Assembly: GCA_951406725.2 (NCBI GenBank)
Contig: OX597830.1
Span: 31,434,001 to 31,498,000 of the forward strand
DNA from: Octopus vulgaris
Taxonomy: Eukaryota
DNA: 64,000 nt
Direction of reading: 5' to 3'
The stretch's first letter is position 1. Every line of letters starts with the position of its first letter. Shown here one piece after another: positions 1-13,262 of the stretch. Below the pieces are notes generated by a model, which saw only the letters and a list, made by a program, of their open reading frames with translations, was not told the origin of the DNA and did not search any database. The translations under genes were made by a program, and so were the position numbers.

Positions 1-88
1 AAAGACTAAGTTCGATTTGCTCGACTAAAGGCTGTGCTCCAGCATGGCCGCAGTCAAATGACTGAAACAAGTAAAAGAACAAAAGAAC
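1..88 (+). mobile_element. SINE family A, 3' end (cut by window edge)
   Basis: Matches the tail gtgctccagcatggccgcagtcaaatgactgaaacaagtaaaaga of full copies (e.g. 16049-16454). Confidence 0.85.
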
Positions 89-98
89 AATACATATA

Positions 99-543
99 GG
101 CGTAGGCATGGTTGTGTGGTAAGACGTTCACTTCCTCAACAAATGGTTCCTGGTTCAGATCCACTACGTGGCACTCTGAGCAAAACGTTTTCTATTATAG
201 CTCCGGGCCGGCCAAATATTTCTAAGTGGATTTGGTTGATGGGAAATGTGTGTGTGTGTGTGTATGTGTGTTTGCGTGTGTGCGTGTGTGTTTGTGTGTG
301 TTTGTGTGTGTATGTGTGTTTGCGTGTGTGTGTGTGTGTGTGTGTGAGACATTGTGTCTGTTTGTCCCCCACCTCAGCTTGACAACTGGTGTTGGTGTGT
401 GCTTACGTCCTCGAAACAAAGCGGTTCGGCAATAGAAGTAGAAAAAATATGATCACTGAGGAAGGTTCGTTCGGCTAAATATCGCTAAGGCAGTGCTGCA
501 GCATGGGCTGCAGTCTAATGACTGAAACACATTGAAAGTAAAA
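99..543 (+). mobile_element. tRNA-derived SINE family A, diverged near-full copy
   Basis: tRNA-like head (A box tggttgtgtgg, B box ggttcagatcc), internal (TG)n, same body and tail as other A copies. Confidence 0.85.
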
Positions 544-717
544 GGTGTATATATATATATATATGTGTGTGTGTGTTTATGTGTATGTGTGTGTGTGTGT
601 GTATGTGTATATATAATATTATATATATATATATATATTACATGTATCATATATTGTGAAATTTGATTTAATATTACTAAACTGAATTTTTCCCTGTAAG
701 TTTGGAATTATATTCTC

Positions 718-765
<48 letters not shown>

Positions 766-847
766 CATTATTATTATTATTATTATATATACACTGTTAA
801 TATATATATACGCATTGTTTATATATATATATATATATATATACACG

Positions 848-975
848 CACACACAGAGCAAACAAAAGACGAAGACAGTTGAGGGAACAACAAGAAGGTG
901 TATTAGTTTAACGATCGGGAAGAATGGAAGAGTCTTTGACATCTCGAGCTTTACTCTTTGACAGAAGGGATTGAG
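848..975 (-). mobile_element. Penelope-like pLTR fragment (family G), degenerate hammerhead
   Basis: Reverse complement resembles 23376-23515 (ctgtcaaagagtaaagctcgagatgtcaaag...gtcttcgtcttttgttt); ends at (TA)n. Confidence 0.55.
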
Positions 976-1039
976 AGGTAAAAGAGGGAGAGTGAACGAA
1001 TAAAAATGTGTAAACACATGTGAATCGTTGGTGTTTTGT

Positions 1040-1197
1040 TTTCGTCTTCTCTTCTATTGGACTTTCCTCTGTTTCCGAAGAAGAGCGTCTGCTCAAAACG
1101 TTAAACCCACTTTCTTTACTTTCTTGAACGTCTGCTAATACATTACATGTACCACGTTCTCGTGTTATTGTTTTTGTTCGTTTTGGGATTTACTATA
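1040..1197 (+). mobile_element. Penelope-like pLTR fragment with degenerate minimal hammerhead
   Basis: gttt-CCGAAGA-a-gagc-gtct-gctc-AAAA-cg-TT-aaac at 1071-1106; runs into a TA/CA microsatellite. Confidence 0.5.
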
Positions 1198-1220
1198 CAT
1201 ATGTACATACATACATGAAT

Positions 1221-1285
<65 letters not shown>

Positions 1286-1353
1286 AAATTACTAAATATG
1301 AAACGGGAGGGATCTAATGGATACAAATTAATTTATTATTTATTTAACATATT

Positions 1354-1457
1354 CACCTACAATTGTTTCATTTCACAACCAAAATTAAAACTACGAAGCA
1401 TGTATAAATATATAATCTTGCAGTTTAAAATACATTGGATGGAAAATCATCAGGGTG
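1354..1457 (-). ncRNA. Type I hammerhead ribozyme motif, long stem II
   Basis: Minus strand: cacc-CTGATGA-(77 nt)-GAAA-caattg-TA-ggtg; stem I cacc/ggtg, palindromic stem III. Confidence 0.65.
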
Positions 1458-1565
1458 TACCAAAGGACAATACAAAGATTATTATGTGACACACATAATA
1501 AACATGATTATATATTCTGAATATTCTAACGGATCACAATGTAGTCCTTGTATTGTCCTTTTGTG

Positions 1566-1669
1566 CACCCTGATGACTTTCCATCCAAGGTATTTTAAAA
1601 TGCAAGAGTATATGTTTATATATGTTTTGTAGTTTTAATTTTGGTTGTGAAACGAAACAATTGTAGGCG
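1566..1669 (+). ncRNA. Type I hammerhead ribozyme motif, long stem II
   Basis: cacc-CTGATGA(1570-1576)-(77 nt)-GAAA(1654-1657)-caattg-TA-ggcg. Confidence 0.6.
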
Positions 1670-2017
1670 AAGATGTTAATTAATCGATAAATTAATTTGT
1701 AACCATTGTATCTCCGTTTTCATACTTAATAATAAGATTTGATATTTTACGATATTTTATATAATATATTCACTGAAAAAATATCTCTTCAAAATACAAT
1801 ATATTAAACAAGTGTATCTTAGTTAAAAATATCCCTAGAAAAGTTCCAAATAACCTCCTATTGACTATATATATATATATGTATATATTATAGGTGTTAG
1901 GGTAAATTCATCTGTCACCTCTTCAAGAACATCTGTTTATTCCATTATTACGATCCAGCGAATGGAACACGTGTGATGGTGGATAAATAATACCAAAATA
2001 TTTCCAATTTTCTGTTT

Positions 2018-2053
<36 letters not shown>

Positions 2054-2077
2054 CAAAATATATATATATATATATAT

Positions 2078-2457
2078 ATAGCAGTATCGCCCGGCGTTGC
2101 TCGGGCTTGTTTTCTTTTAGACCCTTTAGAATTGAAATTTTTGAAAAGTAAAAATTTTGCTTTATGTAGCTTGTTATTCTCTTTGAGTGAACATTTTTCC
2201 GGTTGAGATACACCGAAAAACGGCAACACAGCAGTCAAAAATCGTAAAAAATTGGGATTTTCATAGGAAAAAAGCACCTTTTTGATGTAAATAATTTTTG
2301 GTGTTAACAGGGTCCGATTTGAACTTTTTCTTCTACGGAAGGAAGAGCACGCCTTCTTCTATCATACGCTCAATTTTGGTCAACTTGCGCCGCAGGGTCT
2401 CGGAGGAGATAGTGTTAGTTGAGGGCTACCAAACCTGCCATACACAGACAACTTCAG

Positions 2458-2475
<18 letters not shown>
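2078..2475 (-). mobile_element. Non-autonomous Helitron
   Basis: Minus strand starts tatatataaagctgaagttgtctgtg and ends with the hairpin gcccgagcaacgccgggc followed by atactgcta(t), a typical Helitron 3' hairpin plus CTAG-like end. Confidence 0.75.
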
Positions 2476-2515
<40 letters not shown>

Positions 2516-2792
2516 ACGCAGCTACTGCGTTGATTGCGAAGTCACAGGTGATCTGTAGCTAAATTCTGTTTTTAAATGACTCGCTTCGAGAATTGCATTC
2601 GGTACGATTTGTTTTTATTTGGTATTTATGACTTTAAAAGTCCCTCCTAGCGTGCGGCATTTATGTGTAATACTGCTCTCTATTTAATATAAATAAATAT
2701 TTTCAAGTGAAAAAATTTACAGATTTTTTCTCTTATGAGGTTTTTCACGCTAACTACTTGATAATTTCTTATTAAGATTTTAACCTATTTTT

Positions 2793-2932
<140 letters not shown>

Positions 2933-3622
2933 CAAATATAACTGTTTACGAACCATCACATTGACATATATGTATAAATATAAATGTATATATATATACA
3001 TACACACACACATATATATGTATATATATGTCTATGTGTGTATATTTATGGGTGGGGTGATTGGGAAGAGAGAACCTGAGATAGATAGACGCTTAGATAA
3101 ATGAATGTTTAGAGTGTCAGATATATGAAGTTACAGACTTCATATATCTAAACAGATATTTAGATAAACAGACAGAAGATATGGTAAACAGTTAGATCGA
3201 TATTTCAATACTCAGGCAGACCGTTATATAGATGTACTGATACAAAGACTGATAGACGGTTATGATATCTATCTATCTATTTATCTATCTGTCTGTCTAT
3301 CTGTCTTGTCTGCCGGTCTGTCTGTCTTGCTAATTATCTATTCATTTATGTATCGATGTATCTTTATATGTGTGTATGTACTTATGTATATAGTATTTGC
3401 ATAACTTATCCAATACTACTACCGGTAGAGTCCCTGACATTAAAACTTGTAATTGTAAAAGTATTTTTGAAAGCCCTTTGAACGGAAACTATCTTAAATC
3501 TTTCCACGTATTTGCATATGAATATGTGTATGCATGATTTAATATATATATATACATGCTTACAAACACACACATTCATATACATATATACATACGTATT
3601 TACCAGTGTGTCTACGCTTGTG

Positions 3623-3666
<44 letters not shown>

Positions 3667-3817
3667 AGTGTATATATCTATATATATATTTATAAGTTTG
3701 AGCACATCCCTGTATGCGTGCATGTGTATATTCCTCCAATGAACAAGATATCAAGCCTAGTTATTTCACCACCCACCCCACCTTTTGACACCCATTCCCA
3801 AACACCACCACCACCAC

Positions 3818-3818
3818 C

Positions 3819-3888
<70 letters not shown>
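3818..3888. repeat. (AAT)n microsatellite, target of the adjacent RLE retrotransposon
   Basis: Pure trinucleotide tract. Confidence 0.95.
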
Positions 3889-4947
<1,059 letters not shown>

Positions 4948-5150
4948 TCCTTTCTAGTATAGACACAAGGCCTGAAATTTGGGGGAGGGAGTAAGATGAT
5001 TACATCGACCCCAGTACTCAACTGGTTCTTAATTTATCGACCCCGGCATTATGAAAGGCATAGTCGACCTTGGCGGAATCTGAACGCAGTATATAAGACG
5101 GACAAAATCCTGCTAAATATTTTTGTCTGCGTGCTAACAATTCTCGTTAC
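4948..5150 (-). mobile_element. MetaSINE-like SINE family B (older variant)
   Basis: Reverse complement contains gtcgactatgcctttcataatgccggggtcgataaattaagaaccag, a Meta-domain-like core. Confidence 0.75.
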
Positions 5151-5352
5151 TCGACCAGAAGAAAATTCTTACTGGGCCCGCCTGCAAGGTCATGCGCTGT
5201 TTATCTTGATATGAGATCACCATGTCGCGCACATATGGTTGTGATGCATGTACCTGGTGTACCCTTATGAGACGGGTAGTCATGATGGGTATACTAGGCT
5301 TCTTATATTTTACCCCAGTGTCACTTTGATTGCATGCACTGCTCTCTCACTC
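5151..5352 (+). mobile_element. Family E, (AAT)n-associated retroelement 3' end, truncated
   Basis: Matches the reverse complement of 41135-41340; ends ctctctcactc(aat)n. Confidence 0.75.
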
Positions 5353-5383
5353 AATAATAATAATAATAATAATAACAATAATG

Positions 5384-5438
<55 letters not shown>

Positions 5439-5439
5439 C

Positions 5440-5553
5440 ATGTGATGCATGTGCCTGGTGTGCCTTTATCAGACGGGTAGTCATGATGGGTATATTGGGC
5501 TTCGTATATTTTACCCCAGTGTCACTTTGATGGCATGAACTGCTCTCTCACTC
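5440..5553 (+). mobile_element. Family E, shorter 5'-truncated copy between (AAT)n tracts
   Basis: Same 3' terminus ctctctcactc(aat)n. Confidence 0.75.
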
Positions 5554-5603
<50 letters not shown>

Positions 5604-5622
5604 TGATGATAATAATAATAAT

Positions 5623-6134
5623 ACATTCTTTATTGGCCTCCAGGACCGAACACAAAACATAGGGGAACACAAAACAGACGAGGATCAGTAAAACGGCAAA
5701 GACAACGATTAGCAAAGATTAAATCAAAAATATGCTTCCGCAATAGGGAGATCACCATAAGGGGACCAAAGAGACCTCACGCACTTTGGACCCCTTCACA
5801 CCAACGGCTCCTCAAAAAGGCATCCGCTCTTCCCCCTTCCATCTGGCCTACAGGTGCACACTTAGAGTAAGCCCATTCACAAGGGTCATTCTTGCCACAT
5901 TCACCCACCTTTCAACGAACTTACTGGGTGACGGTACCTCTCTCTCCAGTCTCCCTTTCCTTTTCAGGGTGAACCTGAAAAAGTCAATGAGGTCTTGGCC
6001 AAAAGGGGAGGGTATATGTCTTCAGCCCTTTCAAATGAGTCCACTATACAAACTCTTTTGCCGTAGCCACCAGACAGAGAAAAATCGCCCTGTCTTCTCG
6101 GCCAAAGGAAGGTGAGAAAGTATGCCAATAACAA
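5623..6134 (-). mobile_element. L1/Tx1-like LINE 3' fragment, degraded
   Basis: Minus-strand translation ..AIFLCLVATAKEFV*WTHLKGL..FFRFTLKRKGRLERE..KFVERWVNV..; 3' UTR ends ggccaataaagaat plus (TTA)n. Confidence 0.6.
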
Positions 6135-6790
6135 TGTATGTATGTATGTATGTATGTATGTATGTATGTATGTATGTATGTATGTATGTATGTATGTATG
6201 TATGTATGTATGTATGTATGTATGTATGTATGTATGTATGTATGTATGTATGTATGTATGTATGTATGTATGTATGTATGTATGTATGTATGTATGTATG
6301 TATGTATGTATGTATGTATGTATGTATGTATGTATGTATGTATGTATGTATGTATGTATGTATGTATGTATGCATGCATGTATGTATGTATGTATGTATG
6401 TATGTATGTATGTATGTATGTATGTATGCATGTATGTATGTATGCATGTATGTATGTATGTATGTATGTATGCATGCATGCATGTATGTATGTATGTATG
6501 TATGTATGTATGTATGTATGCATGCATGTATGTATGTATGTATGCATGCATGCATGCATGTATGTATGTATGTATGTATGTATGTATGTATGTATGTATG
6601 TATGTATGCATGCATGCATGTATGTATGTATGTATGTATGTATGTATGTATGTATGTATGTATGTATGTATGTATGTATGTATGTATGTATGTATGTATG
6701 TATGCATGCATGTATGTATGTATGTATGTATGTATGTATGTATGTATGTATGTGTGTATGTATGTATGTATGTATGTATGCATGTATGTA
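6135..6790. repeat. (TATG)n tetranucleotide array with CATG variants
   Basis: Direct reading; source of several spurious ORFs. Confidence 0.97.
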
Positions 6791-6892
6791 TGTGCGTGTG
6801 TGTGTGTGCCTGTGTGTGTATGTATGTAAGCGTGTGTGTGTGTGTGTGTGTGTGTGCGTGCGTGCGTGTTCACTTATTCGTAAGCTTTTGTA

Positions 6893-7090
6893 TACTCCTT
6901 ACTCTTTTACTTGTTTCAGTCATTTTGACTGTGGCCATGCTGGAGCACCGGCTTTAGTCAAGCAAATCGATCCCAGGACTTATTCGTTGTAAGCCTAGTA
7001 CTTATTCTATCGGTCTCTTTTGCCGAACCGCTAAGTTACGGGGACGTAAACACACCAGCATCGGTTGTCAAGCGATGTTGGACACACACA

Positions 7091-7128
<38 letters not shown>

Positions 7129-7290
7129 GACGGGCTTCTTTCAGTTTCCGTCTACCAAATCCATTCACAAGGCTTTGATCGGCCTGAGGTTATAGAAGAA
7201 GACACTTGCCCAAGATGCCACGCAGTGGGACTAAACTCGGAACCATGGGGTTGGTAAGCAAGCTAATTACCACACAACCACTCCTGCGCC
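6893..7290 (-). mobile_element. SINE family A, full length
   Basis: Reverse complement of consensus from ggcgcaggagtgg to gtaaaagagtaa. Confidence 0.9.
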
Positions 7291-7636
7291 TATATAGAAG
7301 TAAATACGAGAATTAAACAAAAGGAAATTCCCCTGTCAGGAATCGAATCCGCATTGCTATCGCAGGCTACTGTAGTTTTACAAGCATTCTAAGATATTCT
7401 CACAGCGCTCGAATGGCAAATTAGATGCAGAAATGTGCAGATCCTATTTAAACTACATTGAGTAACTGTACTGTTTGGAGGTGGGACGTCACAAATCCAG
7501 GGCACCGGAGTTAGTCACGGGGTTGTGCGAGAAACGGATCATTCTTGTCACCTAAGAACAAGTCATTGTATGTTGGCTGGAGCTGGACATTGAAGCCTGT
7601 TTCGTTACTACGTACAGACATGTACACATACATAAA

Positions 7637-7692
<56 letters not shown>

Positions 7693-7748
7693 CACACATG
7701 CACCATCAGTGCACAGTTATATGCACACTGATATGCAATCATACATAC

Positions 7749-7829
7749 GAGGTCCTTGCAGACGAGAGAGAGGTTAACCGCTTCTGACGCACGGATCTAA
7801 TAACTTGAAGGGCACTAAGCTGACCGAAC
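7749..7829 (-). other. Candidate 81-nt exon
   Basis: Unique island between microsatellites; acceptor ctctccttgtccag, donor gtatgt; one open frame FGQLSALQVIRSVRQKRLTSLSSARTS. Confidence 0.3.
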
Positions 7830-8084
7830 CTGGACAAGGAGAGTGTTGTTGAACAACAGCAATAACGACGATGATTACAACAACAATAGTAACAACAACA
7901 ACAACAATAACAGTAATATGAGCAAAGCCATCTTGAGCAATAACAACAACAGCAAATGCGACATCTAATGACACAAGTAGCATTGGACACTAGATTGCTG
8001 ACATGGACACCAACGCCTATAACAATACCAACACCAACATGAACACCAAACCCAACACTAATTTCACCACTACCCCCAAAACCA

Positions 8085-8805
<721 letters not shown>

Positions 8806-9049
8806 AGAGGCCTCCACCCATGATACTGTGGTTATCACATCTGTTTAACATCAGCATCACCACCTCTACCATCACCATCTTCGCCAATACCACCCCCTCC
8901 GTTGGCCGACCCTTTCTACTCTCTTGACACATTGTACCCCCGACATCACCTCCATCATTTTCATTATTACCACCACCACCATTGTCTCCGCAGCCGCGTC
9001 GACTTCCACCAATGACGAACCAAGAGAAAAGATTCTTGTGTAATTGTTT

Positions 9050-9485
9050 GACTCGCTAAAAATAGTAGCCAAATCTCGTTCAAATCATGCCCTACTTTTT
9101 ACTTACCCATTTCCACCCTTCTTTTGTAAAAGGGGCACATTCCATAATGTACTCCACTATGCATTGTATTAAAAACAAGCGATAACCATGCCTGAGACAC
9201 TGTTAATCATAAATCTGCTTGATCAGGGTTGGTGTAGGGCTAAACAATAACGCTATAAACCTCCATTGTCCACACACGCCATCAACAACGAAACCACACG
9301 CCCTACTACGTGGTCGTTGTTCAGTTTACTAGAAATAACAGCTAAATTTCCCCAAATCCAACCTTACCATCATAGAGGACACGTTGGGTAATGATAGTTT
9401 TCGGTTCCCTGCATGTGGTAAAAAAATTAAGGATTGGTCATAGCTGAAACATCTTTGATCAGTGTCGACCTGAGTCTAAACAGTA
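9050..9485. repeat. Two adjacent copies of old dispersed repeat family J
   Basis: Shared motifs ctagaaataacagccaaatct...aatcatgccctac...aaaggacacatt...tgatcaggg, recurring at about 10 loci. Confidence 0.6.
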
Positions 9486-9870
9486 ACAAGAGCACTTAGA
9501 GAGCGCAAACCTCATCCAAGGCAACACCAACGCCCTCTCAACGATTAGCCAGAGATGATCTTTTAAAATGAGAATATCTGAAATAAACTCGACAGCTCTC
9601 ATAAACGAGAATGCTAAAAATGAACCCGACTGCTCTCAAAAATTAAATGAAAAAAAAAAAAAAAAAAAAGCGGGAAAAATAATCTAGAATCCTTGTCCGT
9701 TAACAGATCGATCTCCAATTCTAATCAGTTTGTGTCAGTCAGGAAGCCAAACATCCCCGAAAGTTTCATCCGAATCTATCCAGCGGTTCCTGAGATATTT
9801 TGTCCACGGACAAACAAGCAAACAAACACCACTGAAAACAATACCTCCAACTTCGCTAAGGCGGATGTAT
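9486..9870 (-). mobile_element. Helentron-associated non-autonomous element (HINE/DINE-1-like)
   Basis: Minus strand starts tacatccgccttagcgaagttggaggtattgttttc with a gtttgtttg tract and ends gccttggatgaggtttgcgctctctaagtgctcttgtt (subterminal inverted repeat plus 3' hairpin). Confidence 0.7.
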
Positions 9871-10015
9871 CAACGCCATCACTGAATTCGAGTTGATGAG
9901 GAATCCTCTACGTGGCAGCTCGAACTACTAGAGATCGAAATTAAATGTTCTTCTTAAGTTGCATCTTGATGTCTTTAAAATGGAAGATTCTTTGAACAAT
10001 GTAGCTTTTTATATA

Positions 10016-10225
10016 TTAGTTTCAAATTTTGGAACAAGGCCAGCAATTTCAGATAAGGGCGTAAATCCAATACCTAGAGTCCGGTGTTCGACTGGTACCT
10101 ATTTTATTGATCCCGAAGGATAAAAGGCAAAGTCGACCTCGGCGGAATTTGAACTCAGAACGTAAAGGGGGACGAACTGCTGCTAAGCATTTTGCCCAGT
10201 GTGCTTAACAATTCTGCCAGCTCAC
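10016..10225 (-). mobile_element. SINE family B (MetaSINE-like) inserted in a family J copy
   Basis: aaaggcaaagtcgacctcggcggaatttgaactcagaacg core; J halves at ~9895-10000 and ~10255-10325. Confidence 0.8.
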
Positions 10226-10374
10226 TACTTCTGCTTTTCATATATATTAAAATGCAAGATCGTGGTTGGGATGCCTTTAATTATCATAGATTTTCATAAT
10301 CGGGGTTGGCCTGGAGCTAAGTTTCAACAACGACAACAACGACGACGAAGAGTTTGAAGCTCAAGAGCAGAAGT

Positions 10375-10818
10375 TCTTCTGGTGCACTTTGGCGCGCTTG
10401 GCATGGAAAGTTTGAAAATTCTGGCGCTGTTTGAAAGGAAAAATTAAAATTCGTAGACGTACTTTGCATAGAAATTTTTAATTTTCTGATGTACTTTACA
10501 CGGGAATATTAAAATTTCTGGCGTAGATTGTATATGCTGAAAATTTTCTAGCATGGAAAGTTTAGAATTTCTGGTGTTCTTTGCAACAAAAGATAAACAT
10601 TTCTGGCTTAAATTGCATAAGTTTTAAAACATTCTGGCGTACTTTGCATAAGAAATTAAAAATTCCAGGCGTAATTTACTTCAGAAATAACAAAAATTCC
10701 TGACGTAATTTGCTTCAGAAATAAAAATTCCTTGTGTATTTTGCATGGTAAAAGGAAAAAAAACCCCAAAAAAACTAGTGTACTTTGCATAAAAAGTTTA
10801 AAATTTCTGGTATACTTA
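10375..10818. repeat. Degenerate ~32-bp minisatellite
   Basis: Recurrent aaaatttctggcgtactttgcatagaaa unit, about 12 copies. Confidence 0.75.
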
Positions 10819-10938
10819 TTTTTATTACAATTTTTAAACCTATTTGATTTTATGAGGTTATGTTTATCTCAAATATATCCAAACGTATTTATAAAAATAT
10901 GCATCACTAATAACATCGAGCGTATATATGGCTTTGAT

Positions 10939-11313
10939 GTGGAGGCGCAATGGCCCAGTGGTTAGGGCAGCGGACTCGCGGTTGTAGGATCGCGGTTTCG
11001 ATTCCCTGACCAGGCGTTGTGAGTGTTTATTAAGTGAAAACACCTAAAAGCTCTACGAAGTTCCGGTAGGGGTGGTGGCGATTCCTGCTTTACTCTTTCA
11101 CCACAACTTTCTCTCTCTTTCTTCCTGTTACTATTACCTGTATTTCACAGGGCCAGCCTTGTCACATTCTGTGTCACGCTGAATCTGAGAACTACATTAA
11201 GGGTACGCGTGTCTGTGGAATGCTCAGCCACTTGCACGTTAATTTCACGAGCAGTATGTTCCGTTGATTGGATCAATTGGAACCCTCGTCGTCGCAACCG
11301 ACGGAGTGCGATG
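10939..11313 (+). mobile_element. tRNA(Arg)-like SINE family C, full length
   Basis: Head ggaggcgcaatggcccagtggttagggcagcggactcgcgg...ttcgattccc; TSD atatg(g/t)ctttgat at 10926-10938 and 11314-11326. Confidence 0.9.
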
Positions 11314-12014
11314 ATATGTCTTTGATAATATGCCTCATCAAAGGAATAAAGATATTTAATTTTTCATAAATGTCTGTAATTTAAATTACTGAAATATTCA
11401 ATAAATACTCATTATTAGCGACAAAAGCGGTATTAGTTCAAAAGAGCATTCTGTATATCATACTTAACGCAGATATGCTGCAAAAAGCCTAGAGACTGCG
11501 GTATTCGTCTCGAGAAGACATCTCGTAGTCAAGTCTTTTTCGAGAAATTGAAATGAAGGAAAGTACATGAAATTGGAAGATCTAAGTCTATCACACACCA
11601 TGTCACACAGGTTCTACTTCAGAATCATGTATCTTTGGAATATTCAACCACTTGTGCGCTAATTGAAGAATTAAATTATTTAGGTGACCGAACTACTGGA
11701 TACTCATCGACGAAACCAACGGAGATCCTTTCATTGGTGCTGGAGGAAATGATATAAACAAAAGCTGCAACAACAGCAGCAGAGGCAGCAGCACCAACAA
11801 CTACAACAGTAGCAGCAGCAATAACAGCGGTGATGGTGATGGTGATGGTGATGGTTGCTGGATTCCTGGAAGGAGGGCGGGAAAGAATAAAAACATGAAG
11901 CAAAAGTGAAGCTTGTTAAGCAAAGGGACCTCAGTGACCAGTAGGGAAAAGTAAAGTGATGGAGCGTCTGTCAGATCTTGACAGCAGGGGCGGTGGTGGC
12001 GCAGGTGATGGGCG

Positions 12015-12540
12015 ATGGGTGTGGTGGTGGTTGTAATGGTGGTGGCTTATGATGGTGGTGACGGTGGTGGTAGTGGATGTGATGGTTGTAATGGTGGTGG
12101 TTTGATAATGGTGACGGTGGTAGTGGTGGTGGTGGTGGTGGATGTGATGGTGGTGACGGTGGTGGTGGTGGATGTGATGGTTGTAATGGTAATGGTTTAT
12201 GATGGTGGTGACGGTTGTGGTAGTCGGGGATGTGATGGTTGTAATGGTGGTGGTTTGATAATGGTGACGGTGGTAGTGGTGGTGGTAGTGGTGGATGTGA
12301 TGGTGGTGGATGTGATGGTGGTGGATGTGATGGTTGTAATGGTAATGGTTTATGATGGTGGTGACGGTTGTGGTAGTCGGGGATGTGATGGTTGTAATGG
12401 TGGTGGTGGTGGTGGATGTGATGGTGGTGGATGTGATGTGGTGGATGTGATGGTTGTAATGGTAATGGTTTATGATGGTGGTGACGGTTGTGGTAGTCGG
12501 GGATGTGATGGTTGTAATGGTGGTGGTGGTGGTGGTGATA
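12015..12540. repeat. GGT-derived higher-order minisatellite
   Basis: Block gatgtgatggttgtaatggtaatggtttatgatggtggtgacggttgtggtagtcgggg repeated at ~12171, ~12324 and ~12444. Confidence 0.85.
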
Positions 12541-13217
12541 GTGGTGGGTGTGTTGTTGGTGTTAATGGTCGTGGTGATGGTGATGGTGGTGGTGGTGGTG
12601 GAGGAAGTGGTAAGTGGTAGTAGTAGTGGTGGTAGTGGTGGTGGTGGTGGTGGCAGAGGTGGTTTGTGGTGGTAGTAATGGTGATGGTAGTGGTGATGGT
12701 AGTGGTGGTGGTGGTGGCAGAGGTGGTTTGTGGTGGTAGTAGTGGTGGTGGTAGTGGTGGTGGTATGGTGGAGGTGGTGGTGATAGTGGTGGATGTGATG
12801 GTGACGGTGATGCTGGCGATGGTGTCGATGGTGGTGGTAGCTTATCGTGGTAGTGGTGGAGGTGGTGACTATGGGTGGTAGTAGGGATGATGGGTGGTAG
12901 TGATGCGTGGTGGCGGCGATGTTGGTGACGGTGGTGGGTGGTGGGTGATGGTGGTACTGGTAGGAAGGTGATGATGATGAGGAGGAGGAGGAAAGGTAGA
13001 GATGGTGGTGGTGGTGGCGATGGTTGTAATGGTGATAGTGGGCTTTTGGGTGATGGTGGTGGGTAATTGTGTTAATGGGTGACAGTGGTAGTGATGGTAG
13101 TTATGGTCTTGCTGTTGCTGGTGGTGGTGCTGTCAGGGGTGGTGGTGGTGAATAAAGTGATCGGCGGGGTGCAGTAGAGAGTGTTGGTCAATGCAGCACA
13201 TCAGAGGCTGATGCGGC

Positions 13218-13262
13218 TTATCACCCTCCACCCGACGGCTAACGTCGGGTGGAGGGTGATAA
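13218..13262. repeat. Perfect 20-bp inverted repeat with 5-nt loop
   Basis: ttatcaccctccacccgacg-gctaa-cgtcgggtggagggtgataa. Confidence 0.95.

Larger units (their letters stand above)
1285..1740. mobile_element. Inverted-repeat (Penelope-like) element with a hammerhead in each arm
   Basis: Diverged ~200-bp arms (~1285-1488 and ~1533-1740); each carries CTGATGA...GAAA-caattg-TA. Confidence 0.7.

Noticed and set aside
5964-6992. Long ORFs of 190-284 aa (MYVC/HTYI repeats); likewise 50649-51215 and 59974-60798
   Set aside because: Translations of stop-free (TATG)n microsatellites; no coding complexity.
10941-11015. tRNA-Arg-like sequence (and similar heads elsewhere, including 44100-44170)
   Set aside because: These are SINE heads joined to SINE bodies or degraded; no intact cloverleaf tRNA gene could be supported.
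11690-11910. Possible plus-strand exon after ttatttag
   Set aside because: Weak acceptor, early stops or low-complexity translation, no donor.
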